NCBI GenBank assembly: GCA_051362555.1
Contig: CM120645.1
Coordinates: forward strand, 9,362,001 to 9,426,000
Direction of reading: 5' to 3'
From: Lingula anatina
Lineage: Eukaryota > Animalia > Brachiopoda
DNA length: 64,000 nt
Position 1 is the first letter of the stretch. Each line of letters begins with the position of its first letter. Position numbers and translations under genes: made by a program. Shown in pieces: positions 26,396-41,159 of this stretch. The notes beneath the pieces were generated by a model. It had not been told where the DNA came from. It searched no databases and saw only the letters and a list, made by a program, of their open reading frames with translations.

Positions 26396-27814
26396 CTGGA
26401 AAAATTTATATGAGGGAGGATTAGATTTTTATAGAAATTAATGGATGGTCTAATAAAAGAAAGAAAGAAAGAAGCAAATAAGAAACAAAAAAGAAAATTG
26501 TCTACGAGTGATTAATAAATTAAGGCATAATAAAACTGTGAACGTCTCCAAGGCACTCGCCATTGTTGTTAAAAAATCCAAAACACAAGCGACAACAAGG
26601 AAGTAATACCGACACGTAAACACGACTCTTATACTTGCAATAGAAATTGACCGCAAATGATGTAAACAAAATAGTTCTGCATCAGTCTTAAGGACCGTCA
26701 CATATCACAACACCAACAAGTACTTTTAATTTACAACAAAAGCACACTCAATGCTGGACAATGACAATGGGTGTCGTAACACCAGGATCCGAGAGTTCGA
26801 CCCCGATGACGTAAGGAGAGCCCAAATGTAGACCCCTGTTTGTTGTGTTTTCCTCCACAAAAGTGCCTCATATCACGTAGCAGAGTTTATTGCAGTGATG
26901 CAAACTACAGAACAAGACACCGCTATCTGTCACTGCAAGTTTGGAGTATAGTTTAAACTCTCTGACAACAGGGTCCGCTAAAACTGTCAATAAAGTATTG
27001 CCCATTTTTCAATTTTGCATGCTATTTTAGACGCCCCTGCGACATCAGAGGGTAGTACAAATATGTCCATGAAGTGCCAAAATAATGTCACATGATACGT
27101 CCTGGATCGTGACTTTTGCCATTTGACAGATGACATGTTGTTGACGATCAGCCGAAACAACCGCACCTTCTCACGACAACTGAACCGCCGTCCTTGTTGC
27201 AGATTCCGCAGATCGCTCTTGTCCGAAACGAGTCCAGATAAACACATATTTAAAACGCAATTCATGCACGTGATCTGTGTCACTGAGAAAAATGAAAATA
27301 CTTTGGTGTGGATCCTGTTACGTTGTTGTTGTAATTTGTTGTTTGTTGTTGTTATTTGTTGTTGTTTTCATGGTAGAACGACCGTGTATGCAACTATTCC
27401 GGGTTGTTGACCTGTCACAAGACATACAAAAATAGATGTTTAGATGAGTAAACAGGTCCATATCACTTGTGACTGGTGAAATTGCGGGGCTTTGGTACAA
27501 AAGCACTATTTCTGTGCGTTTGCTAGCTACCAAATGAGATTTATTTGTGAGTTTCAACTTTAGCACACACCCCCAACCAAAAAAAAAAACCTTCTCATTA
27601 CGCTCATAACAAACCTCTCTTAACAGGGTTACGTGTTTGATCCCATTTCATTCATTTTCTCAATTCAAGTCCACGTCACTAAATTTTAGAGCAGTTCTGA
27701 AATTATCGCATTTTTCCTGTAGACCTATCACACTATCTCCCCGTAAATATGTAATGAAAAACAAACATACACAGCCGCAAACACCGTAATGCTTTATAAC
27801 GTGCACTGGAGCGG

Positions 27815-27816
<2 letters not shown>

Positions 27817-27889
<73 letters not shown>
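27817..27889. repeat. (TA)n microsatellite in ankyrin-gene intron 1
   Basis: Direct reading. Confidence 0.95.
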
Positions 27890-27892
<3 letters not shown>

Positions 27893-30800
27893 TAAATTCC
27901 TTATTTGACCGGCTGTGCCTGAATCGAGAGATGGCTTCTCAGTCTATCCAACGATAAACAAATGAGCGCTCAAAGTAATGCAAAAATATTGTAGTACATT
28001 AATCGACTTCAATTATTTCAGCGTGCTTTCAAGTGCACAGGTCTCGTATCAACATCAGCACTTAAGTACAGTGCAGCGAGTCAAAAAAAAACACAAAATT
28101 AATCAAATCAAAAATGAAAATGTTATGGGAATTTAAAAGAAAAAGGATTCTCTTAACCTGCCTTGACAACAAGGTGGCTGGAAAATTAATGTTCAGAGCC
28201 AGGGAATTAACCGCAATCACGAGATGTATTTCTGTCTTCAACCAATCAATAATCTAAATGTCTCGAAAACTCTGGGATCACGGCAGTCGATTATTCACCC
28301 ATTACGCATGTAGATTACCAGGAAATAGTGGCAGAGCACTCCGAGAAAACTACGATACCTGGAACTCTAATTATAGCCGCCTGGAAAGCCAGAGAAACCA
28401 GGAAGAACTTTTACGTTTGATGCCGTCATCAGAGGCACTATGCAGCAAAAACTGAAATAAACACAGTTCTTCTAGGAGAGTGGCATGCTTTTTCGCAGAG
28501 GCCGGGGGGGGGGGGGCTACACATGCGAGATTTTTGAAAGAAGCGAAGGAATATTACAGAAGTGAAAATATTCAACATGTTTGCACGGGGAAATAAACTG
28601 ATTATAGTTTGCAAAAAGAAAAAAAAAGTTTCCCAAAGATCATTTCACCTTGGTTGATGTCCTTATGCCGAAACATGCCAAGAATTTCGGAACTGAGGCC
28701 ATTGCGCGGAGAATGCTCCAGTGATGAATTCTCGTTCCATGTGTTATTAATTCATCCCACTGCAGTGATTATTGCCATGTCTATTTTTGTCATGTTTTAA
28801 TTTAACGACACCCATATTATTCATTACAGACACATTAAGGTGGATTTCCAGGCCGCGCGTCCTCTCCCTCTCCTTTTTTTCTGTTGCCGATACTTGCACC
28901 TCCTTCTATTCCCCCCTCTCTTTCTCTCTCTCTGTCTCACACACACACACACACACACACACGCACGCGCGCGCACGCGGGCACACATTTGATTGTAATT
29001 CCACAAACTACTAAGTACCATCGGTTCAGTGTCTGCAATGATCTTCGATATCCCTCTCTTCAATTCCATATTTATCGACCAGCTTATATCTACATAATAA
29101 ACAGATTACATGGTCTACAGAGTATTCATTAACTCATCTCACCGCCCGGGATCAATAAATTAGGTTTTTTTATTCTATTGATACACATTGCCGAAGTAAA
29201 TGGTTTAGCTCTCAGCTAAATTAGAAACGCAATTCGAGGAAATGTCAAAATCGAGAGGCCCGGAGAGACTGAGAGAGACATTTTTTTTCCACTACTTCCT
29301 TCTTGAGAAATCGGAATTCATATACTGGCCGCAATACGACCTGCCGGTGACACATTGAAACTGTCCACCTTGGCATAATCAGCGAGTGAAGGATTTGCAA
29401 GAGGAGAATTTTTTAAAAGAAAAGTTATTCATCAGCAAAACAAACGAGGCAAAAGTCGAATTTTACCTAGGCGTACATTTAAGTGACCCGTGATATTTCT
29501 GTTACGGGTGTAGGCCAGAGCCAAAAATAGCATATTCACATTTTCTCTTGATGCTGGCACTTCGCCGGCTCGCGACTAAAATTTACTGAAGCCGACAGCC
29601 CACTTATAGAAGTACTTTAAACATTTCAGGATCATGAAAAGAGAGAGAGAGAGAGAGAGAGAAACCACCCTAAACATTCCAAATTATCTGGAGGCGAGCA
29701 ATGATGATTGCATAGCTTGGAATGCATCATTGGCTATAACAGGGAAGTGATCCCACTCCACTGTCTTTGTTCAGAATGCGTCAAGTGCCCATCTTAACGG
29801 ATCCCTGACCTAGAGCGTCAAGCGCGGAAAACAAAGAACAACCGACGGTTCATTAATAGTACACGGCACGCTATTTCCTTATATCCTTCTCAAGGCGCTG
29901 GGGTTTACGGTCGGTGCGCCCGCACTAAACGAGGTTAAATAACCGCTCCTCCCCCTTCACTTTTTGTACAAAACCAGGTCGACTCTTGTTTTTGTTATAC
30001 AGCTAATATGTAAGAGCTAACGGTTTGGTCCAGTCCAAACTTGGCCCAGTTTCTTTTAAGAACACTCCCCTCCCAACATTCCCTTTCAATAACCAATTGT
30101 GTGTGTGTGTGCGTGCGTGTGTACATATTTTTTCTCCTTCACATCAGTCAGCCAACCAATATATAAGGCACAATAGTGATGGCCAACAGACCGGAGCTAA
30201 CTCAAAACACGTGACGACCCAAAAACTTATCTACTCGTTATATAGGATCTAAAGCAGACATGGGAGAGCCGAAGCTAGCGTTGTTGACCAGTGTTATCGA
30301 TAACCCGTACTCGCTGTTTTTAATGCAAACCGTATCACACCAAAGGGATTAATTTTACACTAAGTTAAGGTTCGGTCACCGTCAACACTGGTATTCATTA
30401 ACTGAATAATCCGCTTTTATGTTCGAATTTCCACCTACCTCAGTAATTAACTCTGGTACCATGTTATTCATTGAACAGGTAATCCTAATACTACATGTAT
30501 GACATTCCTGAATACAACGCCTAACTTAACACCAAACAACGTATAGTCCGGCTTGCCAAAAACAACGCCCCCCCCCCCCTCATCCAATACAAAAATGGTA
30601 TTGCTATGACCACCTACACCTCCTTAAAACTTACACATACTCACGAAGAAAAAAAGATAATATTTATTAATTAAACTAAATAAATATTTTATAAAATCGG
30701 TCTCCACAATTGTCAGACATCAGGAAATTCGTTTATCCAATTATTTGTGTTTTTGGAGGTTAATTACATTTTCTGACGACAGCGGGCTGAATATGGGGTA

Positions 30801-32666
30801 AAACACCCACCGTCCGAAGTCCAAAATTGACTGGTCTATAACATGAGAGCCGTGGCATGACCATCATCGTTAAATATTTCCTTCACTGCATAAAAAATCT
30901 CTCCAGCAAAACCCAGCGGTCAAGATATGGATCAGAGCAAAGAAAGCGAGACGCTGGACGTATATGGTCAAGGCTTAAGTGTCTAAAATTATATTCTCGC
31001 CTACAACAGATGACCACAAGGCGGAAAATTGCTGTCCGGTAGTGAGTAAACCACATCAGCTAGATGTGTGTACTAGTTTTATCCCATGATTATGATAAAA
31101 CATAAACATCCATCACCTCTCACACTGAAATTACCTTCAATATACAGAATGTATTTAGCAAATACGCAAATCAATATTTGATTGGGAACATAAACATACT
31201 GCGGCCAAGTGATCTGTTTTGACCAGGTTCTCTTATGCCTTATTCAACCTGTCTTCTCGGTTAGATTATAATCCTTTAGTATACTGGGGTTTAGCTGCTT
31301 TAACCAGTTATCATCTAAACCAGTGAATAACTTCAACACTGAAGTACTGAACTGTGGTTTAAGGTAAGCACAAAAAAAGTTCATCAAACAAAAAGGGAAT
31401 TTTACGTGGGATAATGCCTATCCGCTTTAAACGTAAGAAACGGAAACGTCCGAAACACGGAAAAGGGCCCACTAGGTGTGTGTACTTACTTAGCACATGG
31501 AATAGGGGAGCGTCAACTATTAATCAACATTTTTTTTTCAATGTGATGCGCTAAGTGGGCACCCTGTGTTTCAGCGTGCACTTCATGATTCTACATTCTA
31601 AAAGGATTCGCTTCCGGGCGCGATGCGGTTAAGAAATATACAGGAATTTCGAGTCCGCACCAGGGTGATCACGGGGGCGTCAGCAATTCAGACAACGTGC
31701 GTCAACCCAGCCTTAAATCGCTTTTTAGAAAGCTATAAAACTTGTTTTAGTTGTTTTGTGCTCATTAGACGGTGAAATGCCCTGAAAACCACCCGTGACC
31801 CCGAGGTCAGCCAGCGGGCGTAAAATATAAGTAGCTGAATGTCGAGTATGTAGAGCACCCTGATGAACACAATTTGTATACTTAATTCAACTCCTACACC
31901 TCAGCAGTCTACCAATGATTATATCAGTATAGAGATTTGGTTATGACCAAGGGTACCTCGCCCGAATGGGTTCTATCTTTAGCGCGCGCGGTTACAATAA
32001 ATGATTAACCAAAAGTTGAGGATTGGCGTTGGGGGCGGGGGTGGGGGGCGGTGGGGGGGGGGGAGAGATTCACATGTTCAAAGGAGAGACATAAACTTGT
32101 AACTATTTAAAGAAATAAACAAGCAATCAAAAGCAGTTTTCACTTTATTTGGAGGTGATCGTCTATTTTTTAACAATTATTATCTATTATAGTCTATTGT
32201 TTTCCTAATCATAATTTTTATCATATTCATATTTTGTCTTTATATTTATTTAGTGATTGCACCCTACATGTCCAGGTTATTTCAGTAAAGTATTCTGTAT
32301 AATAAGATAGTTAAACTGACATACGTGCGCATTTCGAGTGGTGATAACGGCAGCTGTAGACCCACGGTCCATCTATATATATATAACCCACCTGACAGCC
32401 TTATGGTTTTTGCACATTTCAATCGGTTTCCAGGCATGTTCTATGCACCCACGTTATACAATTATTTTAAACGTGAGCTATATTAGCCATATGTTAACAA
32501 AACTACCTATCACCAACCCTGTGAATATGCACGCATTACAGTAGGACCCTAAATCCCAGGGCATAGGAACAGACTAAGAAAAAGCAGTCTATTTTCCCAA
32601 CTTTAAAAAAAAGAAAAAAAATCTCTCAGCTGAGGTGATACATTTGCTTATTGCAAGTAGACCTAC

Positions 32667-32962
32667 CTCACTATGTCACAGTGGTTGTTGTCGGCTGCTC
32701 CGTGCAAGGGGGCAGCTCCCCACGCGTTCCTTGAGTCCACATCAGCGCCGTTGGCTATTAAGGTCTCCACAATGTCTAATAAACCTTTGCTGCAGGCCCA
32801 GAATAGCGCTGTCCCGTCGCAGTCCTCATCCAAATAATCAATGTTTGCTAAATTCCCTATAATATCCTTGCGTTCCAGCAGACGCTTCGATGCAGTTAAG
32901 TCCCCCTCCTTAATAGCACTGAGCAGGGTACAGATCGCCATACGAGACGCGTTGTATTTCAT
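32667..32962 (-). CDS. Ankyrin-repeat protein, exon 1
   Basis: GTALFWACSKGLLDIVETLIANGADV and GAAPLHGAADNNHCDIVR ankyrin repeats; donor AG|gtaggt in phase 2 joins exon 2 (R-FLIKNGA). Confidence 0.9.
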
Positions 32963-33700
32963 AGTCCCCGATAATATCCAAGCGGGCGCTTTGCGTGCCG
33001 ACGTTTATGTACTATACAAGTATTTCCTCGTTCGGGAAGCTTGTTCTCATTGGCTGACCCTCGCAAGGTCGTGACGTACTTTGAAGGTCAGTAAATCATT
33101 TGGGGATATAACACAGCTTGCTGTACGGCGAACGGCTCTCTCGCGGAACTTTGGGATCGTTGAGAACTAGCTTCTAATACTCAGAATCGTAAGAGTTTGA
33201 AGGGTGAGGGTGACGTAGAGGTTGATTGAATTTCAGCGTATCTGTTCTGCTTCTTTCGTATAGGCCCGTGGTAGACTACAGCTAGGTGTTGGTTATGGCG
33301 ATTTTTTACGGCGATTTTTTTAGACTCCGCGTCTAACTCGCTTTGATATGTACATTTACCTGGTTAACCGGCAACCACTGAACTTTGCACAAAAGAAATT
33401 TTACCTAAATAGGGCCTACAAGTTTTTAAAATCATTTTTAAATAATTAAAAAAAGTCAATCCAATATATATATTTTTTAGAATAAATTTAACCCCATGTG
33501 TAGAAAAGTTCACATTTAACTCCCTTTTCCATCGTTTTATTCGCAAATATATTTCCGTTGAATCTTGAGTAAAGCCAGCCGCATAAGCTAGGTCAGTAGT
33601 AAATGTACGAGTAGGCTATATATCTCCAACGACCGTAAATTTGTCTGACCGACAAACAACCAGAGATTGAGTGCTAATTTGTAAATGGGAATGAACGTTG

Positions 33701-33892
33701 CAGGGGCGGATTCAGGATTATTTGAAGGAGGTGGGTGAGGTCCGCAGATGGGAAGCCGACCCCCCCCCCCCCCCCCTTGGCGTGGGGGTCAGGGCTCACG
33801 AAAAATTTTGGTATTTTAGAGGGCGAACGGTGCCATTTTTTCAGAAATTGAAGGCTGAGTCAAGACCTAGTATCCTCCTAAAACCGCCACTG
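33701..33892. mobile_element. CAG-ended hAT-like MITE with 5-bp TSD (cgttg)
   Basis: cgttg|CAGGGGCGG...CCGCCACTG|cgttg; homologous to 5540-5856. Confidence 0.8.
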
Positions 33893-36800
33893 CGTTGCAG
33901 TCAAAGGAATCCATACAATAATTATTTCCTGTAATATTGGATACCTTGTCTTTTATTTCCTAAAATAGAATTGATTAAATGGGACGCAAAAGGAAATAGA
34001 TATTGCAGAATTGTACATTAATGAGATTGATCGAACTTATTTAGTATCATGTACGTAGCTAAATTGGCTGACGTGAAAAAAAAATGTGTATAAATTTTAC
34101 TGTTGTGATTTATATCCGTCCGTTCGTCCGTCCCTCTTTCAGTTAGTCAGTCATTTCGTTTCAGTCTTTGTGAAAATTTGGGAGGTCAAGACATTGGACA
34201 AAAGATAGTTGTACGTGGTCTGGGTTCGTAAAATTATCCCGATTTTCTCAATATTCGGTTTCCCCAAGGAAATACGTACCCGACAACCCGGGATTCCTGT
34301 GGTAAGACAAGCCGCCAGTTCAATGATGACTTATTAATTCCCGAGGGCAGGGGGGTCAGGCTATCAGTGACACCTGTGGTGACGTTAAAAAATAATCAAT
34401 TATATGACGACTTTTCCGTCTTTTTTATTTATTCATGTCATTTTTTTTTTTACATAATACTGTATTGTAGTTATTTCCCCACACGTAGACGTGTCAGTGA
34501 AAGGAAATGATAGATTTTCGAATATATATTTTATAATATACATGAATAAATTAACAGCCATGCACAGCTTAATGTTTTGGTAACTGACACTTGAGCGAAG
34601 TATGTATGAAGAAAATAATGAAAGTGAAAAAATGTAAAGCAGCAAGAGTATTAAGTATAGATTTTTGTGGGTTTGGAGTGGTTGTGGGGAAATCAATTAA
34701 GTAATTAACCCAGGGCACAATTTACCCCCCCCCCCCTCGACCACTCCCCCCATCCCCACCGGGCCAACATTTTCTGGCGCAATTGTAACCAGCTGTTCCC
34801 CTTTTTGCCACATAGAACTAGAGATAGATATGAGAGATAGCGTAATAGATTCAGCCACATGCAGGCCCACAGCAAGCGGAAAATTAATGTTTTTCGACAA
34901 TTATGATTGGTTCACAGTGACAACCCATGTTATTAGAATTATTAATAATTTCCTTCTCTGTGAATGAATCCTTTAGGAAGCCGTGCAATCAGTCGACGCA
35001 TCAGTATCTATTAACGGAGAGTTTCACAAACTGAGGGTGTCTTAACTTTTAGACCAAAGATTAGGTGTATTTCGGTTTAAGATAAATCCACAGTAGCCCA
35101 TTTGAATAAAGTATTGGTCTGAAACATAAACCATATATTCCCTGCTATAAGACAGGCACAATACTTTATATTATTGCACTACTACTGATTCATGTTGAGT
35201 AAAAGTGGACTTAAATTTGGGACTCAAAATTTAGACCAGTTTCCGGGTTATAGCTAAATGCAGCGAAACCGGCCTGGTGTAACGAAACAGAGGGTCCGTG
35301 TAACAGAAAGTCCGCCCTCCATTTAGTTATAAAGGTAGGGTTAGCCTGACCAAGAAACTCAAGTACAAATGAATGGGACTCTCCATCATGGGGAACTCTC
35401 TGTCACGTCACCACACATCCCGGGACAGGAGATATACCTAGATACACAACCGGTCTGACGAATTAAGATAACTGTTCACAATTATACATTAGCGGTTTAT
35501 CACTTCCCACAATGGATCGTTGTCACACGTATCTCCATATGTATGATAATATCTGCTTTTATTCTACACGTGAATCACGGCATGAATGAACAGGAATGAA
35601 TGATAATTAAGGACGCACTTCTTCCTTATTTTTCCGCGTTTTTATATATCTTTTCCTTTGTTTATATATTGATTTTAGGGCGCGAAACAAACTTCGAATT
35701 TTTTACAGAATTTACATGGAATATAATGGATTGGGATACTTTTTTCTTTTTTCCCGTTGCATCTCTCTCTATCTCCATGTGATTGTTAATTTCTCAGTTT
35801 TCTCAGCTTTTATACAATGATGTTATGTATTTCACATTCTTTAACTCCACAATTTTCATGTTTTTTTCACGATATCAACTTACATCTAAAATTCGAGTGC
35901 GTTGGAAACAAGAGGAGGTCTGTTTAACTGATTGTATTCAGCGAGAGTTCCTGCGAAGTTGGATCGATCTTCGTAGACCAATAGATTAAGTGGGAATGAG
36001 CCCTTGTGGCGAGTATAAGATGGCACAATGGGCCCCCCCCCCCCCCGCCGCCCCCCCCCCCTTTAGGGGAACTGCTTCCCTCTCAACCCCCCTCTGCCCC
36101 TGTCCCGCTCTCTCACAAAAACAATATGACACATCAGGAACAAAAGCAAGCAATGTCTATCTATGTGACTTACATATTACAGGAAAAATGACCGAGCGAA
36201 GAGGGACAAAACTACGTTATCTCCCCCCCCCTTCTCTCTCGCCACCGCCAGCCCAAAATGAGATTGTTGATTTTTAAATTAAATCATGGAGACACACTTC
36301 AAAGAGGTACTTTGAAGAAGGGGGTGGGTGATATCCCCATTCTTAATAATTTGGGTCTTTCAGGGTGATTTGACTCAAGTGAAATGACAATCAAGTCGGC
36401 CCCAGTGGCTAGTTTCGCGCCTGCCAGTCTTATTTAAAAAAAATGACCGCATATCACGTTTCGAGGAATTAAAAACCATATATCGATGAAGGAAACGATA
36501 AGTTCAGTGACAAGCTGGGTGTTTTATCTATTCCCTCATGTTTCAATAGAATGATCTCTTTGAAGACAACCCGAAATCCGACATGACCCCTTATCTTTAA
36601 CTTAACATCGTGCCCCGTCCTGTATGTAACACAGTGAAGTGGAGGAGGGGGGATACAGGGAAATACACTACATGTCTTTAAAATTTATTAAGTTACGTTA
36701 ACATTGGTTAACAGATAAGTCAGCATAGGTGTAAATTTCTCCCGGGAAAAGGAGCCGAGAGAATAACTAACTTCATAGAAAATATGAGCCATCCAGTCTG

Positions 36801-38166
36801 TATAATTTACGTGTGTTGCGGGGGGCAAAATTGGATAAAATGAAATATAAAAAAGAGGGGGAGATGTTCGCTTTTATACATATGTAAAAAAACTTTGACG
36901 ATTTCGACAACTGACGCTAATTGCGAATAAAGCAAGAGGGGATCATCCCTACCACCAAACTTAAAAAATATAATCAAAGGATAACCTTAAATTTAATCAT
37001 ATTTTTATATTGTACAAAAAAAAGCAAAGTTAAAAATTCCAATGACAAAATATAGATGAAAAAAATTCCAGTTTAAATTTAATGAGGAATAGATAATTTT
37101 CCAAATAGTACGAACGAACCAGGAACGTAGAATTTTTCCATTCTTTATAAGAGAACCGTTATCAGAAGAAATTGATCGATTAGAAGCTGATAGGCATGTG
37201 TGATCATTAAGGATATTTGAGCGACTTAAAAATTTGGCAGGCGATGTGCAGTGTTTTTTATTTTTAATCTCCCTCGACCGGATTGAGAGTTTAGAACCAC
37301 AATACTGTTTTCAAATTTATCATCCTTACATTTAGAAACTTTTATTGCGGTGGCAGGTAAGTTTACTTTCCTTTCCCTTTCGAAGAAACCATCAAAAATA
37401 CGCCCCTTTTTCTACTTTTTTTCAGTGTGTCAAGATAACAGAGAGATGCGGTTGTTTAAAATAATTGTAAATAAGTACATCATTACTTCTCTTTTTTAAC
37501 GTACCGATATGTAATGACATAATGATAAAGGTACACCACTTTTTAGCGTGCGCCGTGCCACATCGCACGTACAACCATTCAGATAGCGGCGCCTCTCCTT
37601 TTTAATCCTGTTTGCGAAGTGTTGCACTCTGATGGCTTTATCTTTTGTTTACCATTTCATCGTGGTCAACTAGTGAAGGAAATTCGTGTCAGGCAAATCC
37701 ACAACATAGTCGAATTAACCGCTACTCAAATCGGTTGTTAGGATTCGTTTGTTCAGTTTCCTCGAACTGTTCGAATCCTGACCACATTTTATTATATGTG
37801 TGACAAGGAACGGCTATTAGATAAAGCACATTTGAATTGATGGCAGTAATATTTCATAATCCGTTTTAAGGATAGTTAATAAGCCAGGAAACTATGTAAT
37901 AAAAATCGACCAAATTCCGTGTGGCGATGTTTCTTACTGATACCATGCACTTTTAAAATCCGTAGCTGGTTGACGTAACAGAGAGTCCCGCATGATAGAG
38001 TCCGGTTCCCATTAATTTTCACAGGGAAGGCTCGTCCTAGATTTTGACTCACTTGCGTCAAACTCACCCTAACCTGTATAATAAAGGGGAGGGTGGACTG
38101 TCTGTTACACGTACCCTCGGTTTCGTCACCTCGGTAAAAGCCTGGATGCCCTGTATGGGAACATGT

Positions 38167-38345
38167 CAGGCCCGTAGCCAGGGGGGGTTCGGGGGGGCGT
38201 CGAAAGAACCCCCCCCCTTTTTGCTGGAAAAAGGTCCACTCTGGGTAAAATTTGACCTAGGTACATGGGGATTATATGGTAAAAGGTCCTCTTTTTCAGA
38301 AAAAAAGACCCCCCCCCCCCTTTGAAATTGCTGGCTACGGGCTTG
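38167..38345. mobile_element. CAG-ended hAT-like MITE with 5-bp TSD (catgt)
   Basis: catgt|CAGGCCCGTAGCCAG...CTGGCTACGGGCTTG|catgt. Confidence 0.8.
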
Positions 38346-39193
38346 CATGTAATACACGTTTACAAGTGAACGTGTAAAAGTTCATTCTCATCCCACTCCG
38401 AAGAAAATTGTGGCTTTACCAAAGAAACGGGACTTAACCGAGCGATTTCTCCAACTCACAGGTTTAATCCCCGTCAACTGCTCTTTTCACATGTAATGGG
38501 CAAGGATGCCCAGCGAAACGATGCAAAGAACCCAACTTTGACGACCCAACAAGCAAAAATCTGGAGCCACGAGTGATATTTATTTATTCATTCATTCATT
38601 TATTTATCTATTGATTTTTATTGTGTAATTGGCATAGATAATGATCTTACAGCCAGGAATGTGTGGTTTGATAAAACATAGTATTGTTCCATGACGTCAT
38701 TATTGACTCATGACGTCATCACCAAATATCATATTGACCGATGACGTACTTGACCATTAAGAAAATTAGACCAATCAAAGAAAAAGAAATATCTAATTAT
38801 TCAGACGACAACAATGTTGGATGACATGTACCAATTTTTGAGGACAATAACAATTTTAATAATTACTGTGAAATAAATATCTGATACAACAATCGTCAAC
38901 TTTTGTTTTAAGTCAGTTTGTTGTCTTGCAAACCTCAGTAAGGGTCAGTCTAATATTTGAATCTATTTTCTATTTTCTTATGTTTTCTATTTATTTATTT
39001 ATTTATTTATTGCTGGGGGAGCTATGTCATTTTATGCTGTGTTCAATCAAAGTTGCGCCATGCCCTTATATTTTATCCACAATAGCTAGATGTAGGGCCT
39101 ACAACTATTGACATTGCGAGTACTTTGTTCTCTCAGCCCAACCCAAGAGTTTCAGCTGAGGGTGGTACGGCTCTTCTGACAAACACAAAATAA

Positions 39194-39404
39194 GGGTGTG
39201 TTCACAATGAAAATATTGTACTAGGTTGTTCGATCTAACCCCGCTCTCGCTGAATGCAGATTAACAGATAAACACAACTCTCGTGTCAGAATACAGAAAA
39301 GCTGGTGATTATACGAGTACAAGAGGAGGCGTGTTAATCTGTTAACCTGATTGCATTCAGCGAGGTTCCCCGCTGAGTGCGATGGTATTATAGTGAACGC
39401 ACAC
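39194..39404. mobile_element. Tourist-like MITE, related to 53393-53638
   Basis: Ends gggtgtgttcac / gtgaacgcacac; shares ctctcgctgaatgca and agaatacagaaaagctggt with the 53.4-kb copy. Confidence 0.65.
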
Positions 39405-40647
39405 GAAGTTACTCCAAGTACTTTAGGGTCATAACCTACTCTGTGACAATCATATCAACATTACTACATGACGTTTATGAACCCCGCCGTAACCGCAAAA
39501 ATGCTGTTTACTACCTTCTCGCCTCTGTTTATATTGGGTGAATTTTTTAGGTTAACGGGTGGAAATGTCCTCAACCAACGTCACGGCGCGAGTGCTCTAT
39601 GTTCCTCATGGCAGATAAGACAGAGGTGAGGTTAGAAGACATAAATTATCTTCGTGCTTCCATCCAGACGTGACGTCAGTACCGTGGACGCACGAGAGAA
39701 GTAAATTGTGACGTAGATGACGTGCTGTCCTATCATAGAAATGGTTAACGGCAGCAGGGAAAATGGAGATGTTGACAATTCTCTAAGGTGTAAACAGTGG
39801 GTAAAAATAGCACACCAGTGTCAATACGGGGTCGCGGATGTTCAATGACTGTTTCATCAAGGTAGACTAAAATAAACGTGATAGCAAGGACATTTTGGTA
39901 AACAAGGTGTTTTTAAAACTATTTTTATCATCGTTATTATTTTGTATGTCTGTATTTTTTTCTTTTTTGCTTTTTAGAGAACCCTCCAGCCCACTCAACC
40001 TACATCAGTAAGTTCAAAATTACTGAGACCTCCTCCCTCATTTCTGTTAATCGTCATGGCGGTGAATAAATCAGAGGCTGTAAATATTATTACAGCGAAC
40101 ATGGATAAGCAAATGCGTAAATAAACCAAGCGTACCACTAGGGCAAGCCGTGAATACTCCGACAAAAAATTCATACTTGATATATAATTTCACAGAAGGA
40201 GTCTTTCCTGGTATTGGACTTACAAATGATACCAGTGCTGTTTATTTTACTTCTTCCTCAATTACTGCCCGTGTTTTTCGGCCCAGGCGGTAATCTTACT
40301 TAACCCGTGGGATTAATGGGGTTTTTTAATGGTTTGTGTTTCGTGGAAAAGTTAAACTTAATTCACAAGTTATGGGTCGTTTAAGAAGGCAGTCTATTGT
40401 TCGAATAAAATTGACGCGCGACCGAGTTAACCTTTATTAACGCTGATATTATTCTTAAAAATGATTGAGTTCTATAATTCTTTGAAATAGAACAGAAATG
40501 AAAAGCGTAATTAATAATTATGCTTATATGTATGATACATGATTTGTGTTCACGATAAATCTGTGAACACACCAAGTTAGAATAATTTATCAGTTAGAAT
40601 AATTTATTAGTGATTATTTATAAGTACAGAATGGTAAAGCACCGTTC

Positions 40648-40649
<2 letters not shown>

Positions 40650-40703
<54 letters not shown>

Positions 40704-40723
40704 GTTGTTGTTGTTGTTGTTGT
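40650..40723. repeat. Compound (ATT)n(GTT)n microsatellite
   Basis: Direct reading. Confidence 0.95.
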
Positions 40724-41159
40724 ACAAAGTCGTGATGTCCTATGTACCAGTGCAAAAATAACTTGCATTGACTTGATAATAAACAACTGTATAGTCAGTG
40801 TGCCCAGTGGTCCGCCTTGAGAACACCCACCTTGAATGTATTGGGGATAGCTTTCTTCTTGGAAATGTAACTTGACGCTAACAGTAACGTTACGAAAGTT
40901 TGGAGAAATAATATGTGGAAAATAAATATAAACTATGTCGAAAACGCCCTATCGGTGTTAGGAATTTATTCGTTCCAAGAGGCCATGAGTTAATGGAAAT
41001 TAAGCAAAATTAGCTATTAAACGTAGGCTGAGATTTGGTAATTAAGTGCCACGGTGTATACTTTACCGCAATTCAAAGAAAACTATAACACAAAGACTAT
41101 AAAGTTGGGAGTTTGTTCAATGTTTGTTGATGCTATATTACGGTTTAAATGTATATACC

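Noticed and set aside
26768-26812. B-box-like gagagttcgacccc
   Set aside because: No cloverleaf or A-box; at most a decayed SINE
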